Of a stretch of 64,000 nt of DNA, positions 1 through 7,693 are shown in pieces. Made by a program: the position numbers and the translations under genes. Source of the DNA: Terrimicrobiaceae bacterium (lineage in GTDB: Bacteria; Verrucomicrobiota; Verrucomicrobiia; Chthoniobacterales; Terrimicrobiaceae); contig JBIIPZ010000001.1 in assembly GCA_044342325.1 (NCBI GenBank), positions 79,564 through 143,563 of the forward strand, in the 5' to 3' direction. The notes beneath the pieces are model-generated. The model saw nothing but the letters and a program-made list of their open reading frames with translations. It ran no database searches and had not been told where the DNA came from. Within the stretch, counting starts at the first letter, position 1. Every line of letters begins with the position of its first letter.

Positions 1-842
1 TCCTCGCTGGTCCGAATCCGGACGGCGGGGTTTGCGGCGAAAAAGACGAAGGCATAAGTCGCTTGGGCAAATTCCGTCTCGAATTCGATTGTTACTTCCT
101 GCGCCAGTCCGGCCGAGAGTTCGATGCGGCGTGTGGCGAGGGTGTGCTCCGGGGTGAAGTTGTCGGGCCGATGACCGGTGCGCAGCGCCACTTCGAGGGT
201 TGTCGGTTCCGAAACATCGAGTAGGCAGGTGATCACGGAGACGCGTGCGGCATGCAAGGGGAGCAGTTGCGCCCACGAATGTTCGAGGTGGATCAACGGG
301 CCGTCGGGTGCCAGCGCTGAGAGACGAAGGTCTCCGGAGGAGGTCAGCGTTGCCTTTCGGGCAAGATTCTCCTCATCGAGCAGGCGGTAGCCGGGGATGT
401 GTTGGTCGGTGCGTGCGAGATCGCGGCGGAACACGCGCAGGCGCTCCGGTTCATTCAGATCGCGCGGCTTGGTATAGCTGTCGAGCCGCATGACCAGTGT
501 GCGGGCATCGCGCTTATCGGTCTTGACGCGCATGCAGCGCGGGTCGACTCGCTCGGGCGTGACGACGATATTAGCGACGCCCATTTCCTCCAGAGCGCGA
601 TGAAGGTGGTATCCGAAAGACTCGGCCTCGTAGCAGGAGTGGAGCTCGATGCCAGGGCCGCCGGAATCCTTGATGAACTTGAAAGCTTGCTCCGAATTCA
701 TCTTGAGCGAGGGTTGCGGGGTTCTGTCGCCGATCTGGCGACACACAGTTATCTGGTTCGCGTGGACATCCAGACCGAATTTGATTTTGATGATTTCCTT
801 GGCCGGAGCCTCGAACTTTTGGCTTACTGCGTCTTGTTTCAT
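1..842 (-). CDS. Chimeric ORF (runs off window): IS110-family DEDD transposase N-terminus fused in frame to a putative FAD-dependent oxidoreductase C-terminal region
   Basis: Manual translation from ATG 842: MKQDAVSQK...FGLDVHANQITVC...SCYEAESFGYHLHRAL...RVKTDKRDARTLVMRLDSY then TKPRDL...RTDQHIPGYRLLDEENLARKA...; no stop before base 1. Absent from the ORF track because it is open-ended. Confidence 0.75.
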   Translation of the reverse strand, partial: MKQDAVSQKFEAPAKEIIKIKFGLDVHANQITVCRQIGDRTPQPSLKMNSEQAFKFIKDSGGPGIELHSCYEAESFGYHLHRALEEMGVANIVVTPERVDPRCMRVKTDKRDARTLVMRLDSYTKPRDLNEPERLRVFRRDLARTDQHIPGYRLLDEENLARKATLTSSGDLRLSALAPDGPLIHLEHSWAQLLPLHAARVSVITCLLDVSEPTTLEVALRTGHRPDNFTPEHTLATRRIELSAGLAQEVTIEFETEFAQATYAFVFFAANPAVRIRTSE

Positions 843-897
843 ATGGAGCCGACAGTATGGCGCGGTTCACGCCGTCTCTTGGCTACATGTCATCTCC
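474..897 (-). mobile_element. Truncated IS110-family element (left end plus RuvC-like DEDD domain only)
   Basis: All four DEDD motifs (GLDVH, YEA, KTD..DA) are present; the transposase C-terminal domain is missing; ends are approximate. Confidence 0.7.
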
Positions 898-902
898 CGG
901 TT

Positions 903-931
903 GCACGAGTCGCGCTGCCGCGCGGCAGCGT
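903..931. repeat. Partial REP-family motif (gcacgagtcgcgctgccgcgcggcagcg)
   Basis: Matches the cacga..cgcgctgccgcgcgg spacer of the repeats at 3951, 4155 and 7367. Confidence 0.65.
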
Positions 932-949
932 GATCGTTCGCGAAAAGCT

Positions 950-1732
950 TCAAACCACGATTGTGTGGGGCAGGGGGAATCCCTCGGCACCAGGGCAATG
1001 AACGCAGGTATGGTTGTTTCCGGAGGCTTGGAGTTTTTCCTGGATGGTGCCGGTGGCTAGTGCCGGGGCGTTGCAGTCCTCGCTTAAGTGCGCGAGGAGG
1101 ACATGGCGTAGATCAGGGCTTGCGATTTCGGCAATGAGGCCGGCTGCGGCTTGATTAGAAAGGTGGCCGTGACGGGAGAGGATGCGTTGTTTCACAGACC
1201 AGGGGCGCTTCTGATCATTTTGCAGGAGGGTCTCGTCGTGGTTCGCTTCGATGAGCACGGCATTGACGCCGCGCGTCGCGTTGACCACCTGGCGCGGGGC
1301 GTGTCCGAGATCGGTGAGGACGGCGAAGGATGAGGATTCATGTCTCAAAACAAAACCTACCGGGTCGGCGGCATCATGCGGCACGGAGAAGGGATGGATG
1401 TTGAAGTCCCCGAGTTGAAAGGCGGCTCCGCTTGAGAAGAAGCGCCACTCTGCTTGCATGCCGCCTTTGCGCAGGCTGTCTGCAGTGAGTGGGTTTGTGA
1501 AAACAGGGATCGCATTTTTTCCGCAAAGCCCTTTGAGGCCGCGCGTGTGGTCCACATGCTCGTGAGTGAGAAAAATCCCTGCGAGCATCTCGGGCGGCGT
1601 CGCCAGTCCAGCAAGAAGCTCGTTGAGGCGTTTCGCGCTTAGGCCTGCGTCGATCAAAATCGAAGTCCCTCCCGCCTTGGCAAGAATGGCGTTTCCCGAG
1701 CTGCCGCTGGCGAGGATGGAGACATGAATCAT
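950..1732 (-). CDS. MBL-fold metallo-hydrolase (YycJ/WalJ-like)
   Basis: ASGSSGN, THEHVDH, HDAADP, TDLG, EANHD, HGHLSN, HLS motifs; start at MIHVSIL (alternative start 1762). Confidence 0.88.
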   Translation of the reverse strand: MIHVSILASGSSGNAILAKAGGTSILIDAGLSAKRLNELLAGLATPPEMLAGIFLTHEHVDHTRGLKGLCGKNAIPVFTNPLTADSLRKGGMQAEWRFFSSGAAFQLGDFNIHPFSVPHDAADPVGFVLRHESSSFAVLTDLGHAPRQVVNATRGVNAVLIEANHDETLLQNDQKRPWSVKQRILSRHGHLSNQAAAGLIAEIASPDLRHVLLAHLSEDCNAPALATGTIQEKLQASGNNHTCVHCPGAEGFPLPHTIVV

Positions 1733-1835
1733 GAGCTTTTTATGGTAATCAAAACGGCTCATGGTTTGCGAGTCGAAGATCGGTGCGCAAGAGAGGACTT
1801 GCAGTGGATATGCGGCACGGATAGAGCCTTCGGAC

Positions 1836-2447
1836 ATGAAAAGTTTTCTCACACTTCGCAAGGGCGGCAATGATGCGGGTGTCGTTGCTTTGGTCGCCGT
1901 ATGCATTTTGCTCCTCGCGGGATTCCGCGTGCTTCGGGCAGGACTTCTTCCGGAGTTGCCAAACTTCTCTCCGGTGGCGGCTGTGGCTTTTTGCGGCGGG
2001 CTTTTCCTGCCCGGCGTTCTGGCTTGGGTCGTTCCTTTCGGCATCCTCTTTGTTTCCGACCTGGCTTTAGCCATGCTCCTCGGATACCCGGCATTCAGCT
2101 CCGCGCAGTTTGTTTCCTGGGCCTGCATTTTGGCAGTCGTTGGAATCGGCCGCCTTCTGTCCAAAGCATCCTTCTCAACGCCACGATTTTTTTCCGCGTT
2201 GATCGGCAGCGGACTCTTTTTTTACCTCGTGACCAATACCGCCGCGTGGATCGGAAATCCCTCGTATCCCAGAGGCTTGGGCGGGCTTTGGATGTCGCTC
2301 ACCACAGGATTGCCTGGCTTTCCTCCTTCTTGGATGTTTTACCGCAACGCGGTAGTCTCGGACCTCATCTTTGGAGCGTTGCTTCTGGCGGTTTGGGCTC
2401 TAGCCCGTCGCGCCGTGAGGGAAAATCCTCAGCTCCACAGCGCCTGA
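1836..2447 (+). CDS. DUF6580-like membrane protein (putative solitary ECF S-component-like transporter)
   Basis: PNFSPVAAVAF, FYLVTN..AW, TGLP..FYRN..SDL; about 6 hydrophobic segments. Confidence 0.7.
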   Translation: MKSFLTLRKGGNDAGVVALVAVCILLLAGFRVLRAGLLPELPNFSPVAAVAFCGGLFLPGVLAWVVPFGILFVSDLALAMLLGYPAFSSAQFVSWACILAVVGIGRLLSKASFSTPRFFSALIGSGLFFYLVTNTAAWIGNPSYPRGLGGLWMSLTTGLPGFPPSWMFYRNAVVSDLIFGALLLAVWALARRAVRENPQLHSA

Positions 2448-2467
2448 TCTCGTGAGTTTTCCTCTCT

Positions 2468-2502
2468 AAAAAATAAAAAACCCGACCCGTTTGCGGGTCG
2501 GG
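2468..2502 (-). terminator. Intrinsic terminator
   Basis: cccgacccg-tttg-cgggtcggg hairpin with an adjacent A-run (U-tract on the minus strand), downstream of the 2531-2833 gene. Confidence 0.85.
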
Positions 2503-2530
2503 GATTTCATCGTAGAGAAGGAACGCTTTT

Positions 2531-2833
2531 TTATTTAGCGACCGGGATCGGGTCCGGAGTCAGGGCCTTGGCCAAGGAGGCGAGGCCTTTGTATTTTTTG
2601 CCGGTCTTTTTAACCATGCCTCGGGAAACAAGATTTTGGAGTTTCTCGTAGGCTCGAAGGCGAAGCATCTCTTCGCCGCCGCTGGCTGCGTTGCGAGCCT
2701 TCAGACGCTCATGGACCTGATCGAACAACTGCTTGAATTCGAAGGAGGTCTTTTTAGTAAGAACTGCCACCAGTTCCTCGGTAACCAAATCAGGTCCGCG
2801 TCGGGAGAACGCACTTTTTCGTTGCATAAGCAT
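2531..2833 (-). CDS. Small basic hypothetical protein, possible winged-helix DNA-binding protein
   Basis: 100 aa, K/R-rich; has its own terminator and an AT-rich upstream region; ends in a helix plus GMVKKTGKKY wing-like segment. Confidence 0.7.
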   Translation of the reverse strand: MLMQRKSAFSRRGPDLVTEELVAVLTKKTSFEFKQLFDQVHERLKARNAASGGEEMLRLRAYEKLQNLVSRGMVKKTGKKYKGLASLAKALTPDPIPVAK

Positions 2834-3124
2834 TAGAAGAAATCTTTACCATGATCCTGCGGACTTGTCCATCTTTTGTTTCCTTAATAAGGAAAATAAA
2901 CGTTAATAACGCTGTAACAATTTATAATTGAATTTTCTAAAAAAATAATTTATTCGCATTGGCAGTTGGCTAAATTCTTCTATGGGACGGAAAACTCCCA
3001 GCATTGAAACCGAACGGTCTGGCTATTGCCTCGATCGGAAAATAAACCATCCGCTGCCACCCTGTGTTTTTTTGAAATTCGGATTTACAAGGCTGCGGCG
3101 GCGATGCATCTTCACCATCCCGTT

Positions 3125-3209
3125 GCTCACGTGGCGGAACTGGCAGACGCATACGACTCAGGATCGTATGGGGTAACCCGTGGAGGTTCGAGTCCTCTCG
3201 TGAGCACCA
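3125..3209 (+). tRNA. tRNA-Leu(CAG)
   Basis: GCTCACG/CGTGAGC acceptor stem, D-loop GGAACTGGCAGAC, anticodon loop CT-CAG-GA, long variable arm, GGTTCGAGTCC, encoded CCA. Confidence 0.97.
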
Positions 3210-3233
3210 TCCTTTTCCGGATATCGAAATAAA

Positions 3234-3932
3234 GTGGAATCTCAACTTGCCCAAAAAAATCCGGAGTTCGTGCGAAGCACCTTCGCTTCGATTGCCGGGC
3301 GATACGATCTGGCGAATCACTTGCTCAGCGGCGGGATGGATTTTATCTGGAGAGCCAAGCTAGCTCGGCTTGTGGCTGCGTGTCATCCGTCGGAGGTTTT
3401 GGATTTGGCCACCGGCAGTGGAGACTTGGCTTTGGCTATTAAGAAAGCCTGCCCGAAAGTCCGAATCACTGCTGCGGATTTTTGCTTGCCGATGTTGGAA
3501 CAGGCGCGGCTCAAGGGGGTCGAGAGGTTGGTCCAAGCGGATGGCTTGGCGTTGCCCTTTTCCGATGGGTCTTTTGATGTGCTGACGGTCGCCTTTGGTC
3601 TTCGCAACATGGCGGATTGGAAGGCGGCGATCCTGGAGATGAACCGCGTTCTTCGGCCAGGTGGAGTTGTGTTTATTTTGGATTTTTCGCTGCCTGAGTG
3701 GGAGCCTCTGTTGTCCTTTTATCGCCTCTATCTCCACCATGTGTTGCCACGATTGGCGCATTGGGCCACGCAGCGCAAGGAGGCGTATGAGTATCTCGGC
3801 GGCTCGATCGAGACATTTCCGAGCGGTCGGAAAATGAATGCACTTCTCGAGGAGTGCGGCTTTTTCTGCGAGGCACCGCGACCTCTCACGCTCGGCGTCG
3901 TGTCGATTTATCAGGCGAGGAAAAGAGGGTAG
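3234..3932 (+). CDS. ubiE: Ubiquinone/menaquinone biosynthesis C-methyltransferase
   Basis: [43 protein letters not shown]. Confidence 0.92.
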   Translation: MESQLAQKNPEFVRSTFASIAGRYDLANHLLSGGMDFIWRAKLARLVAACHPSEVLDLATGSGDLALAIKKACPKVRITAADFCLPMLEQARLKGVERLVQADGLALPFSDGSFDVLTVAFGLRNMADWKAAILEMNRVLRPGGVVFILDFSLPEWEPLLSFYRLYLHHVLPRLAHWATQRKEAYEYLGGSIETFPSGRKMNALLEECGFFCEAPRPLTLGVVSIYQARKRG

Positions 3933-3950
3933 GTTTTTTGCGGCGCCTTT

Positions 3951-4056
3951 TGTGAATGAAAAATGGGCCATGCCGGAGGATGGGCCATGGTCACGAGGCG
4001 CGCTGTCGCGCGGTTTTTTTGTGGGAGGGTCAGCGTCTCGCCTGACCCAAAATTTC
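3951..4056. repeat. REP/REPIN-like composite intergenic repeat, copy 1
   Basis: gaa..aaatgggccatgccggagga..ggcc...cacgaggcgcgctg.cgcgcgg...gtgggagggtcagcgtctcgcctgacccaaa; near-identical to 7367-7474. Confidence 0.9.
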
Positions 4057-4154
4057 GGGTGCGGCGGGCTTTCGTTTTGCAGAGTGGTGAGAGGATGGCG
4101 GGGCGTGTTGGACTGGGGAGTGGTTCGGGAGTTTTTTTGAGTTTCGACGGGTTA

Positions 4155-4222
4155 TGTGAATTGAAAATGGGCCATGCCGGAGGACGGCCCTCCCATTGGC
4201 ACGAATCGCGCTGCCGCGCGGT
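4155..4222. repeat. REP-like repeat, copy 2 (first hairpin plus spacer)
   Basis: tgtgaattgaaaatgggccatgccggaggacggccctcccattggcacgaatcgcgctgccgcgcgg. Confidence 0.9.
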
Positions 4223-4234
4223 GGTGTGTTGTTT

Positions 4235-5314
4235 TTAGTCGCCGAAGGAGATTTCGACGGCGCGGGCGTGTTCCACCAATTGGTCGCTGGGATCGACACG
4301 GCGCATTTTGTGGACGGCATCGGAGATTGGGACGGCGCAGGTGGAGTGGTTTTTGTAGCTCACCATGGAGCCGAATTTTCCTTCTTCGAGGAGCTGAACG
4401 GCTTTGATGCCGAAGCGGGTGCCGAGGATACGGTCGAGCATGGTGGGGGCGCCTCCGCGTTGGAGGTGGCCAAGGACGCAGGTGCGAACCTCTTTTCCGG
4501 TGCGGTTGCCGATTTCGCGCCCGACGATTTCGGCAATGCCACCAAGGCGGTTTTCGCCGTTGGCGGATTGGAGTCGAGAGACCTTGCCGTCTTTTGGTTT
4601 TGCTCCCTCGGCGACGACGACCATGGTGCATTTGGCGCCTTCCTTTTCACGGCGCAGGACCTCTGCTGCCACTTTGGAAAACTCAAACGGAATTTCTGGA
4701 ATGAGAATAATGTCAGCGCCTCCTGCCAAACCGCCGTGGAGGGCGATCCAGCCGGCGTGGCGGCCCATGACTTCGATCACCATCACGCGCTTGTGGCTGG
4801 TGGCCGTGGTGTGCAGGCGGTCGAGGGAACTGGCGACGCATTCCACAGCAGAGTCGAAGCCGAATGTCATGTCGGTGGCCTCAAGATCATTGTCGATGGT
4901 TTTTGGAACTCCGATGACTGGCAGTCCCGCATGGTGCATCTGGAGTGCGGTATTCAGGGATCCGTCGCCGCCGACCACGATGAGGCCATGGAGATTCAGG
5001 GATTGGAATGTCTGTCGTGTTTTGCCAAGCACCTCGGCCGGGATGAAGGAGCCTTGGCGGCCATTGCCGCGCGAGATGAACTGGCCTTTATTGACGGTGC
5101 CGAGGAGGGTGCCGCCAAGGTGCATGATGCCTGCTGTGGCGCGGCGGTTCAGAACGACATGTGTCGCTGGCGCGAGGAGACCCTCAAAGCCATCCTGAAA
5201 TCCGATCAACTCCCAGCCGAGTTTCTCGGAGGCACGGCTGGCGGAGCGCAGCACGGCGTTGAGGCCGGGGCAGTCGCCGCCGCTGGTGAGAATCCCAATG
5301 CGTTTACGCTCCAT
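4235..5314 (-). CDS. pfkA: 6-phosphofructokinase, probably ATP-dependent
   Basis: TSGGDCPGLN, GGDGS, PKTIDND, EVMGRHAG, LGHLQRGG. Confidence 0.93.
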   Translation of the reverse strand: MERKRIGILTSGGDCPGLNAVLRSASRASEKLGWELIGFQDGFEGLLAPATHVVLNRRATAGIMHLGGTLLGTVNKGQFISRGNGRQGSFIPAEVLGKTRQTFQSLNLHGLIVVGGDGSLNTALQMHHAGLPVIGVPKTIDNDLEATDMTFGFDSAVECVASSLDRLHTTATSHKRVMVIEVMGRHAGWIALHGGLAGGADIILIPEIPFEFSKVAAEVLRREKEGAKCTMVVVAEGAKPKDGKVSRLQSANGENRLGGIAEIVGREIGNRTGKEVRTCVLGHLQRGGAPTMLDRILGTRFGIKAVQLLEEGKFGSMVSYKNHSTCAVPISDAVHKMRRVDPSDQLVEHARAVEISFGD

Positions 5315-5323
5315 GGAAGCGCC

Positions 5324-6241
5324 TCAGAGGCTTGTTGATTTCTTCGTCGGGCGGCCTTCGGCGGCCCAGGCGTCGTAGAGGCTCCAGCCGTGTCTCAGGA
5401 GGGTCTGCCCTTCGCCAAAGCGATTCGGGGAATTCAGGACCACGACATTGATTCGGCGTGGGGTGATGAACACTGTCTCGCCTTCGCGCTGGGATTCCGG
5501 CGAGCGGGTGGATGAGAGGATGAGGCAATCCCCGGCGCGGCGGGTGCGGCCGGTTTTCACGCCGTCGATGCCATCTTTGCCGAGGAGTTCGTTGGTGTTG
5601 TTGATTTCGATGGGCGTGTCGATGCCGCCCCGGAAGATATGAATCTGGCGGGATTTTTGGGACACATAGAAAGTAAAGCCGGCGTTGTTGTAGGCGTAGA
5701 GGACGAGACGAGCGAGATCCTCCGCTGTCGAGTGGGGAGTGGCGATGTCGGTGCGGTGATCCATTCCCGAGGGGTTCAGGAAAAGAGTTCGCTTCATGAA
5801 CAGCGTTCGGGCGAGGGCGTTCATGTGGGCGACGAAATTTTCCACGGGAGGGAGTTCCTGGGGATTTGCGACTTGGGCGCCAATATGGTTCGCGAGGGTG
5901 TGGGCGGCGATGTTATCTGAGGCAAGAAGCGCGCAGTAGATGAGGTCGCGCAGGCTCACCGAGTCGCCGGGTTGGAGGCCAACGGTGCTCACGGCTCCCT
6001 CTGCGTTGGCGTTAGCTGGGACCTCGGCGAGTGCAGCAAGGTCGGCTTTGTTGAGGTCTGCCCAATCGAGCGCAACGAGCGCCGTGGCGATCTTGGTCAA
6101 GCTGGCAATCTGGACCTTGGCGTTCTTGTTTTTGGAATCCAGAATAGTCCCAGTCTGGTTATCGACGATGATGTAGCTCTCAGCGGCCTGTGAGGACCAA
6201 AGGAACGCGCTGAGAAGAGTGGTGATGATGAGTTTTTTCAT
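5324..6241 (-). CDS. D-alanyl-D-alanine carboxypeptidase (peptidase S11)
   Basis: Signal peptide; SxxK (ASLTK), SxN (SDN), KTG. Confidence 0.9.
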   Translation of the reverse strand: MKKLIITTLLSAFLWSSQAAESYIIVDNQTGTILDSKNKNAKVQIASLTKIATALVALDWADLNKADLAALAEVPANANAEGAVSTVGLQPGDSVSLRDLIYCALLASDNIAAHTLANHIGAQVANPQELPPVENFVAHMNALARTLFMKRTLFLNPSGMDHRTDIATPHSTAEDLARLVLYAYNNAGFTFYVSQKSRQIHIFRGGIDTPIEINNTNELLGKDGIDGVKTGRTRRAGDCLILSSTRSPESQREGETVFITPRRINVVVLNSPNRFGEGQTLLRHGWSLYDAWAAEGRPTKKSTSL

Positions 6242-6358
6242 TGCGCCTGCGGCGAGGAAAGTATGGTTAGGCGCGACGATAGCGGCAGGGGGTGCCGTTT
6301 CAAATCCTTTTCAAAAAAGAAGGATTTCCCCGGCGGGCGGACATGGTATTCACGCTTG

Positions 6359-7327
6359 ATGCGTATTCTTTCCGGCATCCAACCTTCGGGAACCCTTCAC
6401 CTGGGAAATTACTTCGGCATGATGAAGCCCGCGATCGAACTTCAGGAGCAGGGTGAGGCCTACTATTTCATAGCGGATTTTCACGCCCTTACGAGTGTGC
6501 ACGACGCCGCCGCGCTACGGGCCAATGTGCGGGAGTTGGCGGTGGACTTTCTCGCCTGCGGGCTCGATCCGGCGCGGGCTGTTTTCTTTCGTCAATCGGA
6601 TGTGCCCGCCGTCACCGAGTTGTCATGGATTCTCAGCACCGTGACTCCCATGGGGCTGTTGGAGCGGTGTCACTCGTTCAAGGACAAGACTGCAAGGGGT
6701 CTGGCAGCATCGCATGGCTTGTTTGCTTATCCGGTGCTGATGGCGGCCGATATTTTGATTTGTGACAGCGATCTTGTGCCAGTCGGTCGGGATCAGAAAC
6801 AGCATCTTGAGGTGACTCGCGACATTGCGGTGAAGATGAACGAAACTTTCGGGGAGATTTTTAAACTCCCGCTGCCGAGTATTCGGGATGAGACGGCTGT
6901 CGTGCCCGGACTGGACGGGGCGAAGATGAGCAAAAGCTACAACAACACCATTGAGATTTTTGCTCCTGAGGCTGCGCTGCGGAAAAAGATCATGGGCATC
7001 AAAACCGATTGCACGCCTGTCGAGTCGCCCAAGCCTGTCGAGGGTTCGGTGATTCTGGATCTCTACAAGCTCGTCGCGTCGCCGGGAGATTTTCAGTCCA
7101 TGCTTGCTGCGTTCCACAACGGTGGCACGGGCTACGGGGATTTGAAGAAGCAGCTCTTCGCTGGAATCTGGGAATACTTCGCGCCTTTCCGTGTGCGCCG
7201 TGAGGAGATTCTCGCCGATGCCGGTCTGGTTGACCGAGTCCTCGCGAACGGTGCTGCAAAGGCCCGTGAGGTGTCGGATCGCGTTATGAAGCGTGTGCGG
7301 GCAGCGGTGGGGATTGGGGAGTGCTGA
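6359..7327 (+). CDS. trpS: Tryptophan--tRNA ligase
   Basis: MRILSGIQPSG.LHLGNY, YPVLMAADIL, VPVG.DQ.QH, KMSKS. Confidence 0.97.
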   Translation: MRILSGIQPSGTLHLGNYFGMMKPAIELQEQGEAYYFIADFHALTSVHDAAALRANVRELAVDFLACGLDPARAVFFRQSDVPAVTELSWILSTVTPMGLLERCHSFKDKTARGLAASHGLFAYPVLMAADILICDSDLVPVGRDQKQHLEVTRDIAVKMNETFGEIFKLPLPSIRDETAVVPGLDGAKMSKSYNNTIEIFAPEAALRKKIMGIKTDCTPVESPKPVEGSVILDLYKLVASPGDFQSMLAAFHNGGTGYGDLKKQLFAGIWEYFAPFRVRREEILADAGLVDRVLANGAAKAREVSDRVMKRVRAAVGIGEC

Positions 7328-7366
7328 GGGGGAAGGGCGGTGGCGGAAAGTGGTCTGTGGCTTTTG

Positions 7367-7474
7367 GTGAATTGAAAATGGGCCATGCCGGAGGAGGGCC
7401 CTCCCATGGGCACGAGGCGCGCTGCCGCGCGGATTTTTTTGTGGGAGGGTCAGCGTCTCGCCTGACCCAAATTT
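7367..7474. repeat. REP/REPIN-like composite repeat, copy 3
   Basis: Complete unit: gggcc..ggccctcccat hairpin, cgcgctgccgcgcg spacer, gtgggagggtcag..ctgaccc hairpin. Confidence 0.9.
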
Positions 7475-7577
7475 GAATACGGTGGGCGGTTTTTAGAGAC
7501 GGAATGGAGGCGTGCAAGGAATGGTGAGGGCAGTGCTAGGCAAAAGGGGGGGGCTGGTTTGTGTTTCGGCGCGTTTT

Positions 7578-7633
7578 GTGAATGGAAAATGGGCCATGCC
7601 GGAGGAGGGCCCTCCCATGCGCACGAGGCGCGC
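7578..7633. repeat. REP-like repeat, copy 4 (partial)
   Basis: gtgaatggaaaatgggccatgccggaggagggccctcccatgcgcacgaggcgcgc. Confidence 0.88.
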
Positions 7634-7640
7634 GAGCAGC

Positions 7641-7676
7641 AAAAAGCGGATGCCTCCTTTGGGTGGCATCCGCTTT
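7641..7676. terminator. Probable bidirectional intrinsic terminator between trpS and greA
   Basis: aaaaagcggatgcc-tcctttgggt-ggcatccgcttt. Confidence 0.85.
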
Positions 7677-7693
7677 GTGAGTTGTGACCGGTT

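Noticed and set aside
1763..1835. Cobalamin riboswitch upstream of the DUF6580-like gene
   Set aside because: The spacer is too short and no B12-box motif is visible.
3125..3209. tRNA-Leu as an integration site
   Set aside because: No integrase nearby, no duplicated 3' end noticed, and ubiE follows after 24 nt.
3951..7633. Repeats as a CRISPR array
   Set aside because: Copies are dispersed and irregularly spaced, with no unique spacers of constant length and no cas genes.
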